NCBI GenBank assembly: GCA_002633005.1
Contig: NMRA01000096.1
Coordinates: forward strand, 372,001 to 436,000
Direction of reading: 5' to 3'
DNA: 64,000 nucleotides
Source: Phoronis australis
Lineage: Eukaryota; Animalia; Phoronida
Below are positions 14,601-25,400 of the stretch, piece after piece. How positions within the stretch are numbered: the stretch's first letter is position 1; each line of letters begins with the position of its first letter. The notes under the pieces are model-generated. The model ran no database searches. It saw only the letters and a list, made by a program, of their open reading frames with translations, and was not told where the DNA came from. The position numbers and the translations under genes were made by a program.

Positions 14601-16261
14601 TAGAAACAAAAATAATTGGACGCGTGGGTCACGAATTTGACTGAGTTTGTATAAAGCTAAGTAGCAGAGAATTCTTAATTATCATTTTGAAAGAGTTCAA
14701 CACAAAAGCAACATTTCTGATCAGGAGATGAGGTAGAACAGCAACAAACACCAGCGCCACCTATCAGTCATTGACAAACAATGTCAGCAGACACATAGAA
14801 TCCATAGACTGCAAGTCTTTGGAGGAAAAATGCAAGTTGTCAACTCAAATGATCAATAACGGTAAAATGGTATAAACAATCAAGTAACCACAATACGATC
14901 AAAGCGTCTTATCTGATTCACTACAGACTGATCATCTTCCGTCAGAGAAAAATAGTTTTATAATAATTTAAAAATACAGAATCAACGAGTCACTGTTAAC
15001 TGTTGTTCATGTTCAAAAGCATAACATCCTCAGCACAGTGCACATATCTTACACTGTCCTTTCTGTGTTCTTCAAGATGTTGAAACAGTGGATTGTAACT
15101 TATACAGAAGGTTCTGTTCTGGAAATGGTTCAAAACATTCTCTGTGTACAACAAACCAAAGTCGGCTTTGACCTGCAATAAAATATAAACTTTTTAATGA
15201 CTGCATTACAAAGTATATCACCAATGACCGATACTGGCCAAAATATGAGTTGTAACTCTACAACCCCATTTTGGTTGATTTCAAATCATATCAGGCTGAT
15301 GATAAACGAACATCAGTCTCCTCAGCATTCATAAAGAACCTGTTTTGACCACTTATCATTGATAGACTAGTAATGACAAATCATATAAATTAACACAACT
15401 GATGACAAACAAAGTATCTCAATCACTAATATGAAATGTCATCAACCATTTAGCATAAAATCCTTAATACCATTTGTATGAGTTCAAATTGCGTGTGTGG
15501 TCCGACCAACAAGTTCTCTGACCAATCAACAAAATCCAGAGATCGTCGCAACAGTGAGAGCTAATTCTTTATAGTCCTTGAGATTCTTAAGGAGCAAGAA
15601 AGAATTCTCTGCAGACTGTTTGACAGCTGAATTCAATTGCCTATTGGCAAGCAGTCTGGAGGTTTATCTGTATGTCACACACAACACTCCTTCCCCTTCT
15701 CTGGAACAGGCTGACCTGACAACAGATCTCAGCAATACTCTTAGAATCCTAGAATTTGCCCTCAGCAAACACTCCTTGTGTCCTGGAATTTCACGTCAGC
15801 AACTCTCTTTATGTTCCAGGATCCCGACATGTGAGCCAAGCATCCAAACCAATCAGCCAACAGGCAATTGCCTATTAGCAAGTAATTTAGAAAAGTTTTA
15901 ACAGACTATACCTCACACTTGGAAGGCAAGTGCTACAACAAGGCATTTCAGAATTTGGAGTATGGCTCTTTAGAATAGGAACACATTATGTCGGATTCGA
16001 AGGATCAGTATGGCCTAAAGGGATAAGTGTCCAAGGCTCAAGACAAGTCAAGAGCTGAGATGGCTAAGTTGACATATTAGCATTAGCATAGTTCAGAGAT
16101 GGGCTTGATGCTCTGGTTTCATTTTTAAAGAAGATTGGGTTTGGCTAAGGGTCTCCATAGAGCCGCATACAAAACAACACAAGAACACAACAGAACGTTT
16201 CAAAGTTTACCTGAAAAAGCAAACTAGTCAGTGTCAGAACGAAAATTATGTTGCTCGCCAT
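2602..16261 (-). CDS. SPPL2: Signal peptide peptidase-like 2 (SPPL2A/2B-type GxGD intramembrane aspartyl protease), complete CDS, 15 coding exons, about 568 aa
   Basis: Exons in transcript order, all GT-AG and phase-compatible: 16211-16261, 15053-15172, 14230-14412, 13786-13875, 12599-12741, 11255-11442, 10561-10657, 10150-10263, 8649-8730, 7426-7500, 6508-6567, 5838-5940, 4913-4993, 3533-3687, 2602-2766 (TAA at 2602-2604). The translation has a signal peptide ([20 protein letters not shown]), a PA domain ([30 protein letters not shown]), the catalytic YD ([14 protein letters not shown]), GxGD ([13 protein letters not shown]) and PAL ([10 protein letters not shown]). The luminal PA domain separates SPPL2 from SPP and SPPL3. 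The A versus B paralogue cannot be assigned. Confidence 0.95.
2943..3374. mobile_element. Second copy of MITE family A, in the opposite orientation, running into an assembly gap
   Basis: Begins TTA|GGGCTG..AAAATCTGTATGGGAGGGGGAAGGCAC and aligns by eye for about 430 bp to the reverse complement of about 22880-23315. Confidence 0.8.
6702..6838. repeat. 38-bp minisatellite, about 3.5 copies
   Basis: Unit CTTTCGGACATTATG(A/G)CTGGGCAAGTCATGTTATAAAG at 6702, 6740 and 6778, with a deleted copy at 6816. Confidence 0.9.
8891..9256. mobile_element. MITE-like element with inverted termini of about 40 bp
   Basis: GTTGTGCTTGAACTTGGATTTCCGCTTGATCTCAAAATCG on the left and CGCAATCTTGACATTAAGTGAACTTCCAAGTTCAAGCACAAC on the right; the outer 18 bp pair perfectly. 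Confidence 0.65.
10889..11056. repeat. 84-bp tandem duplication
   Basis: TGGCATTGCTAACTTACGACACTACAGCACATT..GGTGAAACAATCAC occurs twice with few mismatches. Confidence 0.9.
12265..12380 (+). mobile_element. Degenerate second copy of the SINE family at 27965
   Basis: GAGGCAATGAGGCCTAGTAGGTTGAG head followed by TGCTAGACCTTCGAGTCAGGTTTCTAG. Confidence 0.45.
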
Positions 16262-16619
16262 TGTAAATCTAAAGCCGCATAAAAATATTTATTTCACTTC
16301 CTGATAACTGATAGCGACTACATTTAAAATGATAAGCATTATATATGCAACCACTATAACAATTTATCAAATAATTTTGGATTGTTTGGTAAAATTGACA
16401 TTTTTCTATGAATGAACTGCTTGTGGCTGCAAATTGCCTTTAACGTCACAATGGCTCAGGTGCGTGCTGAAAACGTTGGTTATGTCAGTTTTATTGTTGT
16501 TAACGTCTTGTTAGCTATGGATTCTTGTGTGTTTTTTTCGTTAATAATTTGTGAATTTCTTGTTATACGCTAACTGGAAGATTTTAGTAAAACATCACAG
16601 CAAAATGTGAAATATCTGA

Positions 16620-17334
16620 GCCGGTACCTTACCGGCACGCGATTGCCTTGCGCCCTTGCGTGGCCAGCAAGATTAGAAATGGTTGCACTGGCACTCTCAT
16701 CAGCCGATCGACTTTTTATTCTGATTGTATTACTCGCTGGTCCCCTGCGTACCTAGCGAGCACGCAGGTATCACGCAGTGGCACGCGCTTTAGCATTGGT
16801 TGATGTAACCTCAGCAGTCATTGGTTAGCTTTACAACACTGAAAAAATGGCGGATTGTGAACGTTTTTTAGCTTTGTCATGCGTCGCAGCACCTATTTCA
16901 ATGCTGCAGTGATGTTTGATAGCAGCGTGCTTGAAGCATGTACATGTACAATAAACACATATCTGGCCGATTTAACCGGCGTGTAATTCATACTGTATGA
17001 ATACAGGACAGTGTCGTAAACAAAAGTCATCAACGATCGACAGTAGAAAAACTCCCCCCCCCTCCCAAAACGGCGCAACCGAAATTTCTAGGATTCACAT
17101 TTCCTGAACATGAATTTTAAGCACCGATTTGTCTGTACAACAGACCACATTTACACTTCAGTTCATCAGTCATGCCAGTTTGTTTGCGTAAAGCGCTACC
17201 TGTTGAGAATTCGACCAGCCAATCAGAAACGCCGATGTACAAAAATTTCCCGAGGAAGATTTTGTGATACCTGCGTGCTGGCTACTGACCACCTAACGGC
17301 ACGCAGAGAACCAGCGAGATGCTATTACAGCGTT
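16620..17334. promoter_or_regulatory. Shared bidirectional promoter region of SPPL2 and LSM7
   Basis: CpG-richer stretch between the divergent start codons (16261 minus, 17335 plus). It has inverted CCAAT boxes (ATTGG at 16795-16799 and 16820-16824), a YY1-like AAAATGGCGG (16844-16853) and a forward CCAAT (17219-17223). A minus-strand donor (CCG|gtaagg at 16632) and an acceptor (ctttag at 16269-16270) suggest a non-coding first exon of SPPL2. Confidence 0.65.
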
Positions 17335-20050
17335 ATGGCGAGCGGCTTATTAAAAGTGCGTGGGCTACGAGCTACCTAGCCNNNNNNNNNNNNNNNNNNN
17401 NNNNNNNNNNNNNNNNNNNNNNNNNNNNNNNNNNNNNNNNNNNNNNNNNNNNNNNNNNNNNNNNNNNNNNNNNNNNNNNNNNNNNNNNNNNNNNNNNNNN
17501 NNNNNNNNNNNNNNNNNNNNNNNNNNNNNNNNNNNNNNNNNNNNNNNNCCCCCAGCAACCCCCCCAAACACACAGACTTTTTTTACAAAAAATGCATAGA
17601 CCAAGGTTTTTACATCTAAGTTTACAAAACAGCCTTCTGTAGTGAGCATTTTTACTAAAAAAAACTGTAGACCAAGAAGATTTTACAATGCTATCGACCA
17701 AGTGTGAGCATAGCAACATTATGTATACGTTGTGTATACAATTGTATATTTCTTCCTGCTTTGAAAAAAGAGCCCCCACTGTGAGCCTTCAGAGGCTTCC
17801 TAGTATTCATTACAATGTGTGAGTCCGAACTTGAAAGGTTCCTATTAACAGTGGGCTTCCAAATGATACATTGGGCACCAGGGCGTCTAAGATTACTGCT
17901 AGTCCAAGGACGCCCAGGACCTCCGCTGCATAAAGGCCTGGTTGGAAGGAATTAACTTGGACATAAATCGTTCCAACCTTTAAGTTCCCAAATTACTGCC
18001 AGTGGTTTATAGGTTGACAACAATGTGGGGTGGTGTGTAATAGTTTCTTAGGACATTCCTCCCATGAGATTTATCTATGTGACTTGCATATGTGAGCACT
18101 TGTTATCAATTTCGGTTCTGATAAGCGTTAAAAAATCCATAAACCACTGGCAGAAATTTGGGAACTTACGGTAGCTTTAGTTTGGCACAGGCATCAGTTT
18201 GGGCTGCAACAGCCCTCAATACGCTGGAAGCTTTTCAACGAGTTATGCCTCATAATGATTAAACCAAAAAAGCCATGTTGTTATAAGTATAGAGTGACAC
18301 CGTAGGAGGCCATTGATGTCTTTAATTCCTTCCAACTCGAACAAATACTTCCGCAATCAAATTATTTTCTAACAGTCCTTTGCTCAGTTCCCCAATTCGG
18401 CAACTGGCCATGTTTACAGTGCTCGTGCCAGGGGATATGATGTCATATCCCTTTGGGTGTTGAGCTTTCAAAATTTTGTCAACTGAAATTAAGTTGTGCT
18501 CTTTACAGCAAGGTGGCGCTGGTGGTGACAAACAGGAGAAGCGGAAAAAGGAAACTATTCTTGACCTTTCGAAATACCTAGACAAGGTCATAAGGGTCAA
18601 GTTTGCTGGAGGCAGGGAAGGTCAGTTGAGGGGGTGTTGTAAACTGGTAGACCGCATTCACTGCCGTCTTTTACTATTTTTAAACTTCATTTCGTCCTGT
18701 GTAGCTGGCTAAAAATGGAAACTCAAAGTAGGCTTTTTACTCTCGTAAAATTGGTCTTTACTTTTATAGGATCATATTTCTATTACTAACTCCAGTCACA
18801 GGCAATGAGACAGAGTATGTGCTCGCTTTGTCCAGTTGTGAACATAGCAAATTTGTTGAATATAACACTACGCAAGTTGTTGCAATTGTATTTTTTTCTT
18901 AATTCTCACTGAAGAGTTCCATCATCCACTCACATTCTTCTCTCTCTCATCTATACTAAGCAACTTTTGCTCACCCATAACATTTGGTGCAATGTGGTGA
19001 GAACTGTTCATGAAATGTATTTTAACATTGACGTGTTCTATTTCAGCCAGTGGCGTGTTAAAAGGATATGACCCATTGTTGAATCTTGTACTTGATGGAA
19101 CCACAGAGTTTCTTAGAGGTAAAGAGTTATGAACTGGCTGTGAACCAGTTTCATTTGGCATGTTTCAATCGATCGTCTTGGCAACAAATTGTTGCTGGAC
19201 CTCCTCAAAATGTTCGTGGTAACCCAAGTCAACTGCTACCAAGGCAGCTTGTATCAATACGAAATGTTATACCCGAGTAAAAATTGTAAAACAGGTTTGT
19301 TGTAACGTGGCTGGAATACACAGGGAAAATTTCCGGTGTTGGAATTTCGTGAAATTATTACTAAATGTTCTACTGTCTCGAAAGTCCTCTGTTTGTCAGT
19401 GGGGGTTGCATGCAAAAGTTCCGACGCCTACAAACGATGCAAGAGCCAAAGTAAGTGAGGAACCGGTGTCTGTGGGTGCACCAGGGATCCGCAGAGTGTT
19501 GTTTTTTCTTTTTGGCTAATGGAAAATGGGCTGTTTCATTTGCAACATCCAGTTACCCCCTCTCGGGCGTGATGTCCTCCGCAGGCTTACCTCCCTAGGC
19601 AAAAGCAGGTGAATGGCACACATTATATGTTCAGGACTCATCTCTGGAGACGGCAAAATTACCCACTCTGTAGATTGAAAAGACGTCCAAAATTTGGATG
19701 AACGCCAAAATCGCCCTTGTCCTAAATTCCAGAATCGAGAAATTCAATTTTTGCGAGAGTTTATATGTCCCAAATTCTAGAGACTATCCCAGATTGGAGA
19801 ATTTTTACCGTACTTAACATTGAATTGAATTGGCTATACCATATAGGATATGATTGAAAACTCGCATGTTGTTTTACCAAACAATTGACTGATCACAATT
19901 TCTTTTTCAGATCCTGACGATCCTTTTAAATTAACTGAAGATGAGCGTCCGCTGGGCCTGGTGGTGTGTCGTGGCACGTCAGTGGTGTTAATATGTCCTG
20001 CAGAAGGAATGGAATCCATCGCCAACCCCTTCTTACAACAGGATGGGTAG
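17335..20050 (+). CDS. LSM7: U6 snRNA-associated Sm-like protein LSm7, 4 coding exons, about 114 aa
   Basis: Exons 18509-18620, 19047-19118 and 19911-20050 (TAG) splice in frame to ...DKQEKRKKETILDLSKYLDKVIRVKFAGGREASGVLKGYDPLLNLVLDGTTEFLRDPDDPFKLTEDERPLGLVVCRGTSVVLICPAEGMESIANPFLQQDG*, a clear LSm7 sequence. The first coding exon is less certain: the best candidate is 17335-17355 (MASGLLK|gtgcgt, phase 0), next to an assembly gap. Confidence 0.95.
17981..18168. repeat. Inverted repeat (probable small MITE) in LSM7 intron 1
   Basis: TAAGTTCCCAAATTACTGCCAGTGGTTTAT ... ATAAACCACTGGCAGAAATTTGGGAACTTA: 30-bp arms with one mismatch. Confidence 0.7.
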
Positions 20051-20149
20051 TGCTACAAATGTCATATCAAGGACTGTATATTGTGTAAATAGTGTCTAAT
20101 ACTCCATGTAACAGACTGTAGGTCTTACTGATGAACTTCACGTTTGTGA

Positions 20150-20155
20150 AATAAA
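20150..20155 (+). terminator. Probable LSM7 polyadenylation signal (AATAAA)
   Basis: Canonical AATAAA 100 nt after the LSM7 stop codon, followed by T-rich sequence. Confidence 0.55.
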
Positions 20156-20249
20156 TTTTTATAATTTATAGGATAGTTGAAAATCCGTCTTGTTCATCAC
20201 TGAAAGACTGATTGAAGCAGCCACATGTGCAGGGCTTGAGGTGATCAGT

Positions 20250-20450
20250 GATGAAAAAAGGAAACATTTCCGGGCGATGTAAAACGTTCCACAAACAAAT
20301 AGGCTTGTGTGAAATATTTTTATGTTGTAAAATCTAACTGAAATAAATGTTTTTTGCATAAAAAAGTCAAAGTAATTATAAAAAAGAGGCAAGAAAAACA
20401 AAACTGGAATTCAAATAAGAGGAAATCGAAACCAAAAGAAGAAATCCTCT
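20250..20450 (+). repeat. Dispersed repeat with a second copy at about 26900-27110
   Basis: Shared AAATAGGCTT(G/A)TGTGA..GTTGTAAAAT(C/T)TAACTG..CTGGAA(T/A)TCAAATAAGAG..GAAGAAATC. Confidence 0.6.
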
Positions 20451-21149
20451 TGAAACAGGAAATTTTCGAGCTGTGATAAGGTCGTATCTACTGATCTTGA
20501 AACTGAGGAAGCTGCTCTGTGCTCAAGTTGTATAAACATAAGAGTACTGGGTTTTTGGCAAGTCCAAGGTGAAAGCAACCCGTCTTAGTAATACCTTTAA
20601 AGACACATGGAATGCGAAAGCTCTTCAAAATATCTTTTAATCAATTTCTGATGAAAGTACCATATCAGAACGTCTGCTACACAGAGCTATTCACTTTCGC
20701 CTGTAAGGGAATTTGTAAAAAATCACAAAATTCACTTGAAATGCTCATGAAGTCACCAGTTTCTTATTTGCCTCCCGCTCACAATCATTTGACAAACAGC
20801 TGACTGACAAGATGGATATTAACGGCAAGTTATGTGTGACCGCACTTCGATTCTCACGTTGACCGCACAGTATGAGGCAAGATAGGGAGGCATGAAATTT
20901 TTCATGCAGCCTAAAAACTAAAGTTATGCATAAAAACTATTAGTCTCAATTGTTGCACAACTGCAAGTGCATTATATATTTTTTAGATTAGAATATCAGT
21001 GTAAAAGAAACAATAATTTCCATAAATAAATGCACTATTCAACATCGAAAGCGCAACAGACCAGTGTGACGGCTATTATCCAGTGTACACACTTAACGTC
21101 CCTGTGTCCCAATATTTTGATGGAGACCCAGTGCCCGTTTCCACGACAA

Positions 21150-21356
21150 CTTGGAAACTTGAGCTTACGCTATTTCTTCACAATTGCTGAAAAAAATTTA
21201 GCCAACTAATTATGAGTGGATCACTCGAGAACTTTTAGAAATTACCTCAATAATTAGCAGATTTGCTCAAGGGAATTTATATTTGTGAAATTGTTAAATG
21301 GAACGAGAGACCAAATTTCTGGCTTTAAGTCATGAAGTCGCTTGAAACTGGCTCAG
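21150..21356. mobile_element. Degenerate partial copy of MITE family B
   Basis: Contains TTCACAATTGCTGAAAAAAATTTAGCCAACTAATTATGAG and a right-end-like GAGACCAAATTTCTGGCTTTAAGTCAT..TGAAACTGGCTC, both similar to 47368-47774. Confidence 0.5.
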
Positions 21357-22480
21357 ATGCTTTGATAGAGTCCTGGGCTACCCAATAGGGCACCCAGTGT
21401 GTTAAAATGACACAAACTCGCATCTCTGTCAGAGTCGATTGGCTAAGCAATGATCAAAAGATAATTCAAATGTTCTGCAAATGCAGTAACACTCGCATTA
21501 GTAAGGTCCAATGAACTGAGAGATTTCATTTGTGTACGGTGAAGCGGAATGGACAGGTGCGTGAACTAATACTGCCACTGAACTTTGACCACGCTGAGTG
21601 AAAATCTGAATTGTGAGTTATACTGTAAAAGCAAAACCAATGACTTTTGCTGATTTGTTATAGATTACTTTTTATAATAAAAAACCCAAATGCAGTTGTG
21701 GGTTATTTGTAAAATGCTGCAAATCAACAAAACAGGTTGAAACACCCGATAAATTACATTTATTCAACAAGCCAAGCACGCGCATGGTTGGTCACGTCTT
21801 TATTTTGTGTCTTGCGTAGAATCAAAAACACAGCAGTTAAATATAAATTAATTGATTATTAGACTTCCTATGCTTTACAGTACACACTGATCACACCAAG
21901 TATAAGGAACCAGATTCAAAATGCAGTTTACAATGTGCTAAGATGATCACTGCAAAACAACACGGGCCCGACACAAATCAGTCAATGCTGTGGATATTAA
22001 GACATCTACTAGTCAAATAATAAGAACCAGAGTATGCAGTCTCTCCAGTCAAATGCGGCACACAAAGACCGATAGCTGTCAGTGGTACTTTGGACCATCT
22101 CGTGTCAGCGTTCATAAAAGTTTCATAGCATTGAATATTATAGGATCTATAGAGCAATACACAGGAACTTGGCCACAACAAACTGTTGCAAAAAGTCCAC
22201 TTTCACATTCCAACTAAACGGACCTACATCAACTTCTGCTGAACGTTCCTGATAATAAGGTGAAGTAACTGTGTATGACTTCATTCAGGAACTTGACATA
22301 CAGGTACATGCTGGCCAACTACACGTTCATAAATATCACCTGAATAAGGGGGGAAAGTTGTCACCTTTGTATGTCAACACTACCACGATTGTTATTAATA
22401 AAATGTGTGGTACATTCCTTCAATTGCCACTTAACAATCATGGCTTGAAAATGTTTTCCAAGAATGATTTATGGCGACCT

Positions 22481-25400
22481 TTATGAATTAGCTTCCGATT
22501 CAGAGCTTGACGATGAGTCTGACGATGTCAACTCGTCTGTTGACGACTTCTTTCTCTGTGTTTTCCTCTTCACATCATCGGGCTAGAAAATTGAACAAAC
22601 ATATAACATGTATATGGTAACTTCACCTCACAATATACACTGTACACCACACGTCTGATTATGTACTACAAATGTGTATCAAGTTATTCAATATTACACA
22701 GAGCACTTCTTGACCACGGGTCTGTTTCGTGAAAAGTGACTTAGGGCTGTTCCAGCAAAATCTGTGTGGGAGGGGGGGGAAGGCAACTGAAATAAAAATT
22801 TATGGGTGGTTGCGTTTGATTTAAATTCATAATGGCTGGTGGTCGTTCTTCAAAAAAATCAAAATTTACAGGTCGTTGTTGTTTCATTGGGCCATAAATG
22901 TTTGATGGTGGGTAATTTTAGTAAATTTTATAAACAATCCTCACAGAATCAAAACCTGAAACAAAAATGCAACTTGCAAAAAGCTCCGACTTTTTCACTC
23001 CCTCCGATCTCCTCATCGGCATGCCCATAACACCATTTAACCACAGGTGCTTGAATTTTTCGATGGCTAATAACCAGATATAAGAAACATATGTTTTCTT
23101 AGTAATGAATGACGTTAGTGGTGATGGAGGAACAGATAAACTCAAGCGCCTGTGCAGTCGACCACAAGAACAAAAAAAAATTACAGGTGGTTGCATTTCA
23201 AACTTATAAAAAATTACGGGTGGTAGGCTGAAGAAATAAATGAAAAATATGGGTGGTGGGTGCGAAAAAAAGGTGCCTTCCCCCCCGTCCCATACAGATT
23301 TTACTGGAACAGCCCTTATAACTTCAGACACAAATTTGGTCTAAAGCTCCCAATTCACAAATACTGAATAAAGGTTAAGCCATACAACTAGTAGAATATC
23401 ATAATCATACATTTTAGTTAATTATCTTGTCTTAGTTTCTTTATCTTCTATTTATCATATTTTATATTTTATCTCTTTCATTGGTCTTTCCGTGTTAATT
23501 TCTTACTCTTTGCTTATTATTTAAATATTGTCTTTCATTTTGTAATTCTGTTAGTTTGTCTTACTGTCTGTATGTTTTTACCGAGGGCCTCCATGGAAAG
23601 CAGTGTGAACTGATGGGGCCACCTTCTTTGTAAATATTACATTAATAAATAATAACTAAATAAATAAAAAACCTGGTAAGTAATTAAAACAAATTATCTC
23701 AGTAACTAGAAGTAAATGGGTATATTTTCAGAGGCTTTGTATTTTTGTTAAAGTGGGAATTAATTATTTTTCAGAAATAGCTCTGTGGACCGTAAGACCA
23801 ATTTGAATTTCTGTCTTAAGTTTTAGGTCGCTTTTCATAAAACCCCAGAACCCCGAATGCTGCTATCTAAGCACAAGTCCTCAACACCAAAATCACTACC
23901 GTCAAACATAGGTACAACGGACCCTGTTTAGAATGTTAGCGATTTTAGCAAAATGTATTATGGTACCATTCACAATAGTTAACAACATATTTTACGATTA
24001 CATCAAAACAACATTCAAAATTTCCAGTCGCTAACGAAAATCCACCAAGCTTATGATGAACAATGGCCGACTTGACGGCCTAGTCTGAAGAATGTACTCA
24101 GGCCACCAGCAAATAATACACTATCGCAGTTTGCCTGACAACTGTTAGTATTGTTTGATTTCTAAAGACATCTCGGAAGGTTGAGAAAATGTGAACAAAT
24201 TAGCCTGAATTAAGTCAAAACATTGTACAAAAGCTGCGTGCCGCAAACAAGATTAAGAAGGCCTATTTTTTGGCCCACAACCATTTTTACGATAGTTCAC
24301 TATGGAACAAAAAATGACGCAGGAGGACGAAGGCGGTCAGCAGAAGTAAAAATGCCAAAAAAGCATGCATGTGACAATAAAGCAGGTCAGGCTAGTAAAG
24401 CTGGTCAAAGTTGGTAATGCTCTAAGTCAACAGACAGCTGTTTTGAACATGCCACATCAAGGCAAATGTCAGGACATGAAATGTGCCATATGAAGGAATG
24501 CTCGCGAAGACCTACAGCAATAGGGTTTAGGATTGGAGTCGATAAAACACACAAATGAACCAAAAAAGAATACCCTAATTACAACGAATCATTGCAATGT
24601 ACAGATTTTGAAAGTCTCCTGATATGCGTTGTAACAAAGTTGGACTGTACATCATGTTGTTACCTTCCACAATAGTGGTTCACCATTTTCCTCCAACAGC
24701 TGGGTGAGGTCGCGGACTGCCTTAGGCTGAAGATCCCCAACGGATACACCATCACCCTGGGCTTGGGTCAAGGTCGACTTGGCAAGGTCAAGGTCTTTCC
24801 TGTCACCTGAACAAAGCATAACAAACTTGCATAAGTCTGATTCAATTAGAAAGAGATTTTATGAAAGAAAGGCGAAATTTGGCATACATATAACCAGCAT
24901 GAACAGGGAACAGCCATTGGCTACATACATGCTTGTAGTAACCAATCAAAGCACAACGATGAAGTTAGATATTGTAATTGCACTATTGGACCGTGTATTC
25001 CACATTACAGACAAAATACGCCATATTGGATCATGTACTTACACTGACCACCAATTCGATAACTGAAAGTCCACCATTGGACAATGAACTTACAGTAACA
25101 GCCAGTAAGATAATGGTGCAGGCACTATTGGACAAGGTACTCAGAGCAACATCCAATTAGACAACTGCACGTGCACTATTGGACAACAAATTTTCAATAA
25201 CAGCCAATAATATTATGATATGATCACTATTGGACAATGTACTTACAATGCCACCCAATCACATAACTGTATGTGAAGGCCAACGATTCAGGGTTGTGAC
25301 CACGAAGGGTGTCCAAAAGTCGGCTCAACATGTCCATCTAATGCAGAGAATAAATTCAGAGGTAAGAATTATCAAATACGAGTATTTCAATTTTAAGTGC

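Larger units (their letters stand above)
22718..23846. mobile_element. Harbinger-like MITE (family B) interrupted by MITE A and by a retroelement 3' tail
   Basis: Removing MITE A and one TTA restores the left TIR (GGGTCTGTTTCGTGAAAAGTGACTTATAACTTCAGACACAAATTTGGTCTAAAGCTCC). The right TIR is at about 23787-23846, and internal segments match the copy at 47368-47774. Confidence 0.7.
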
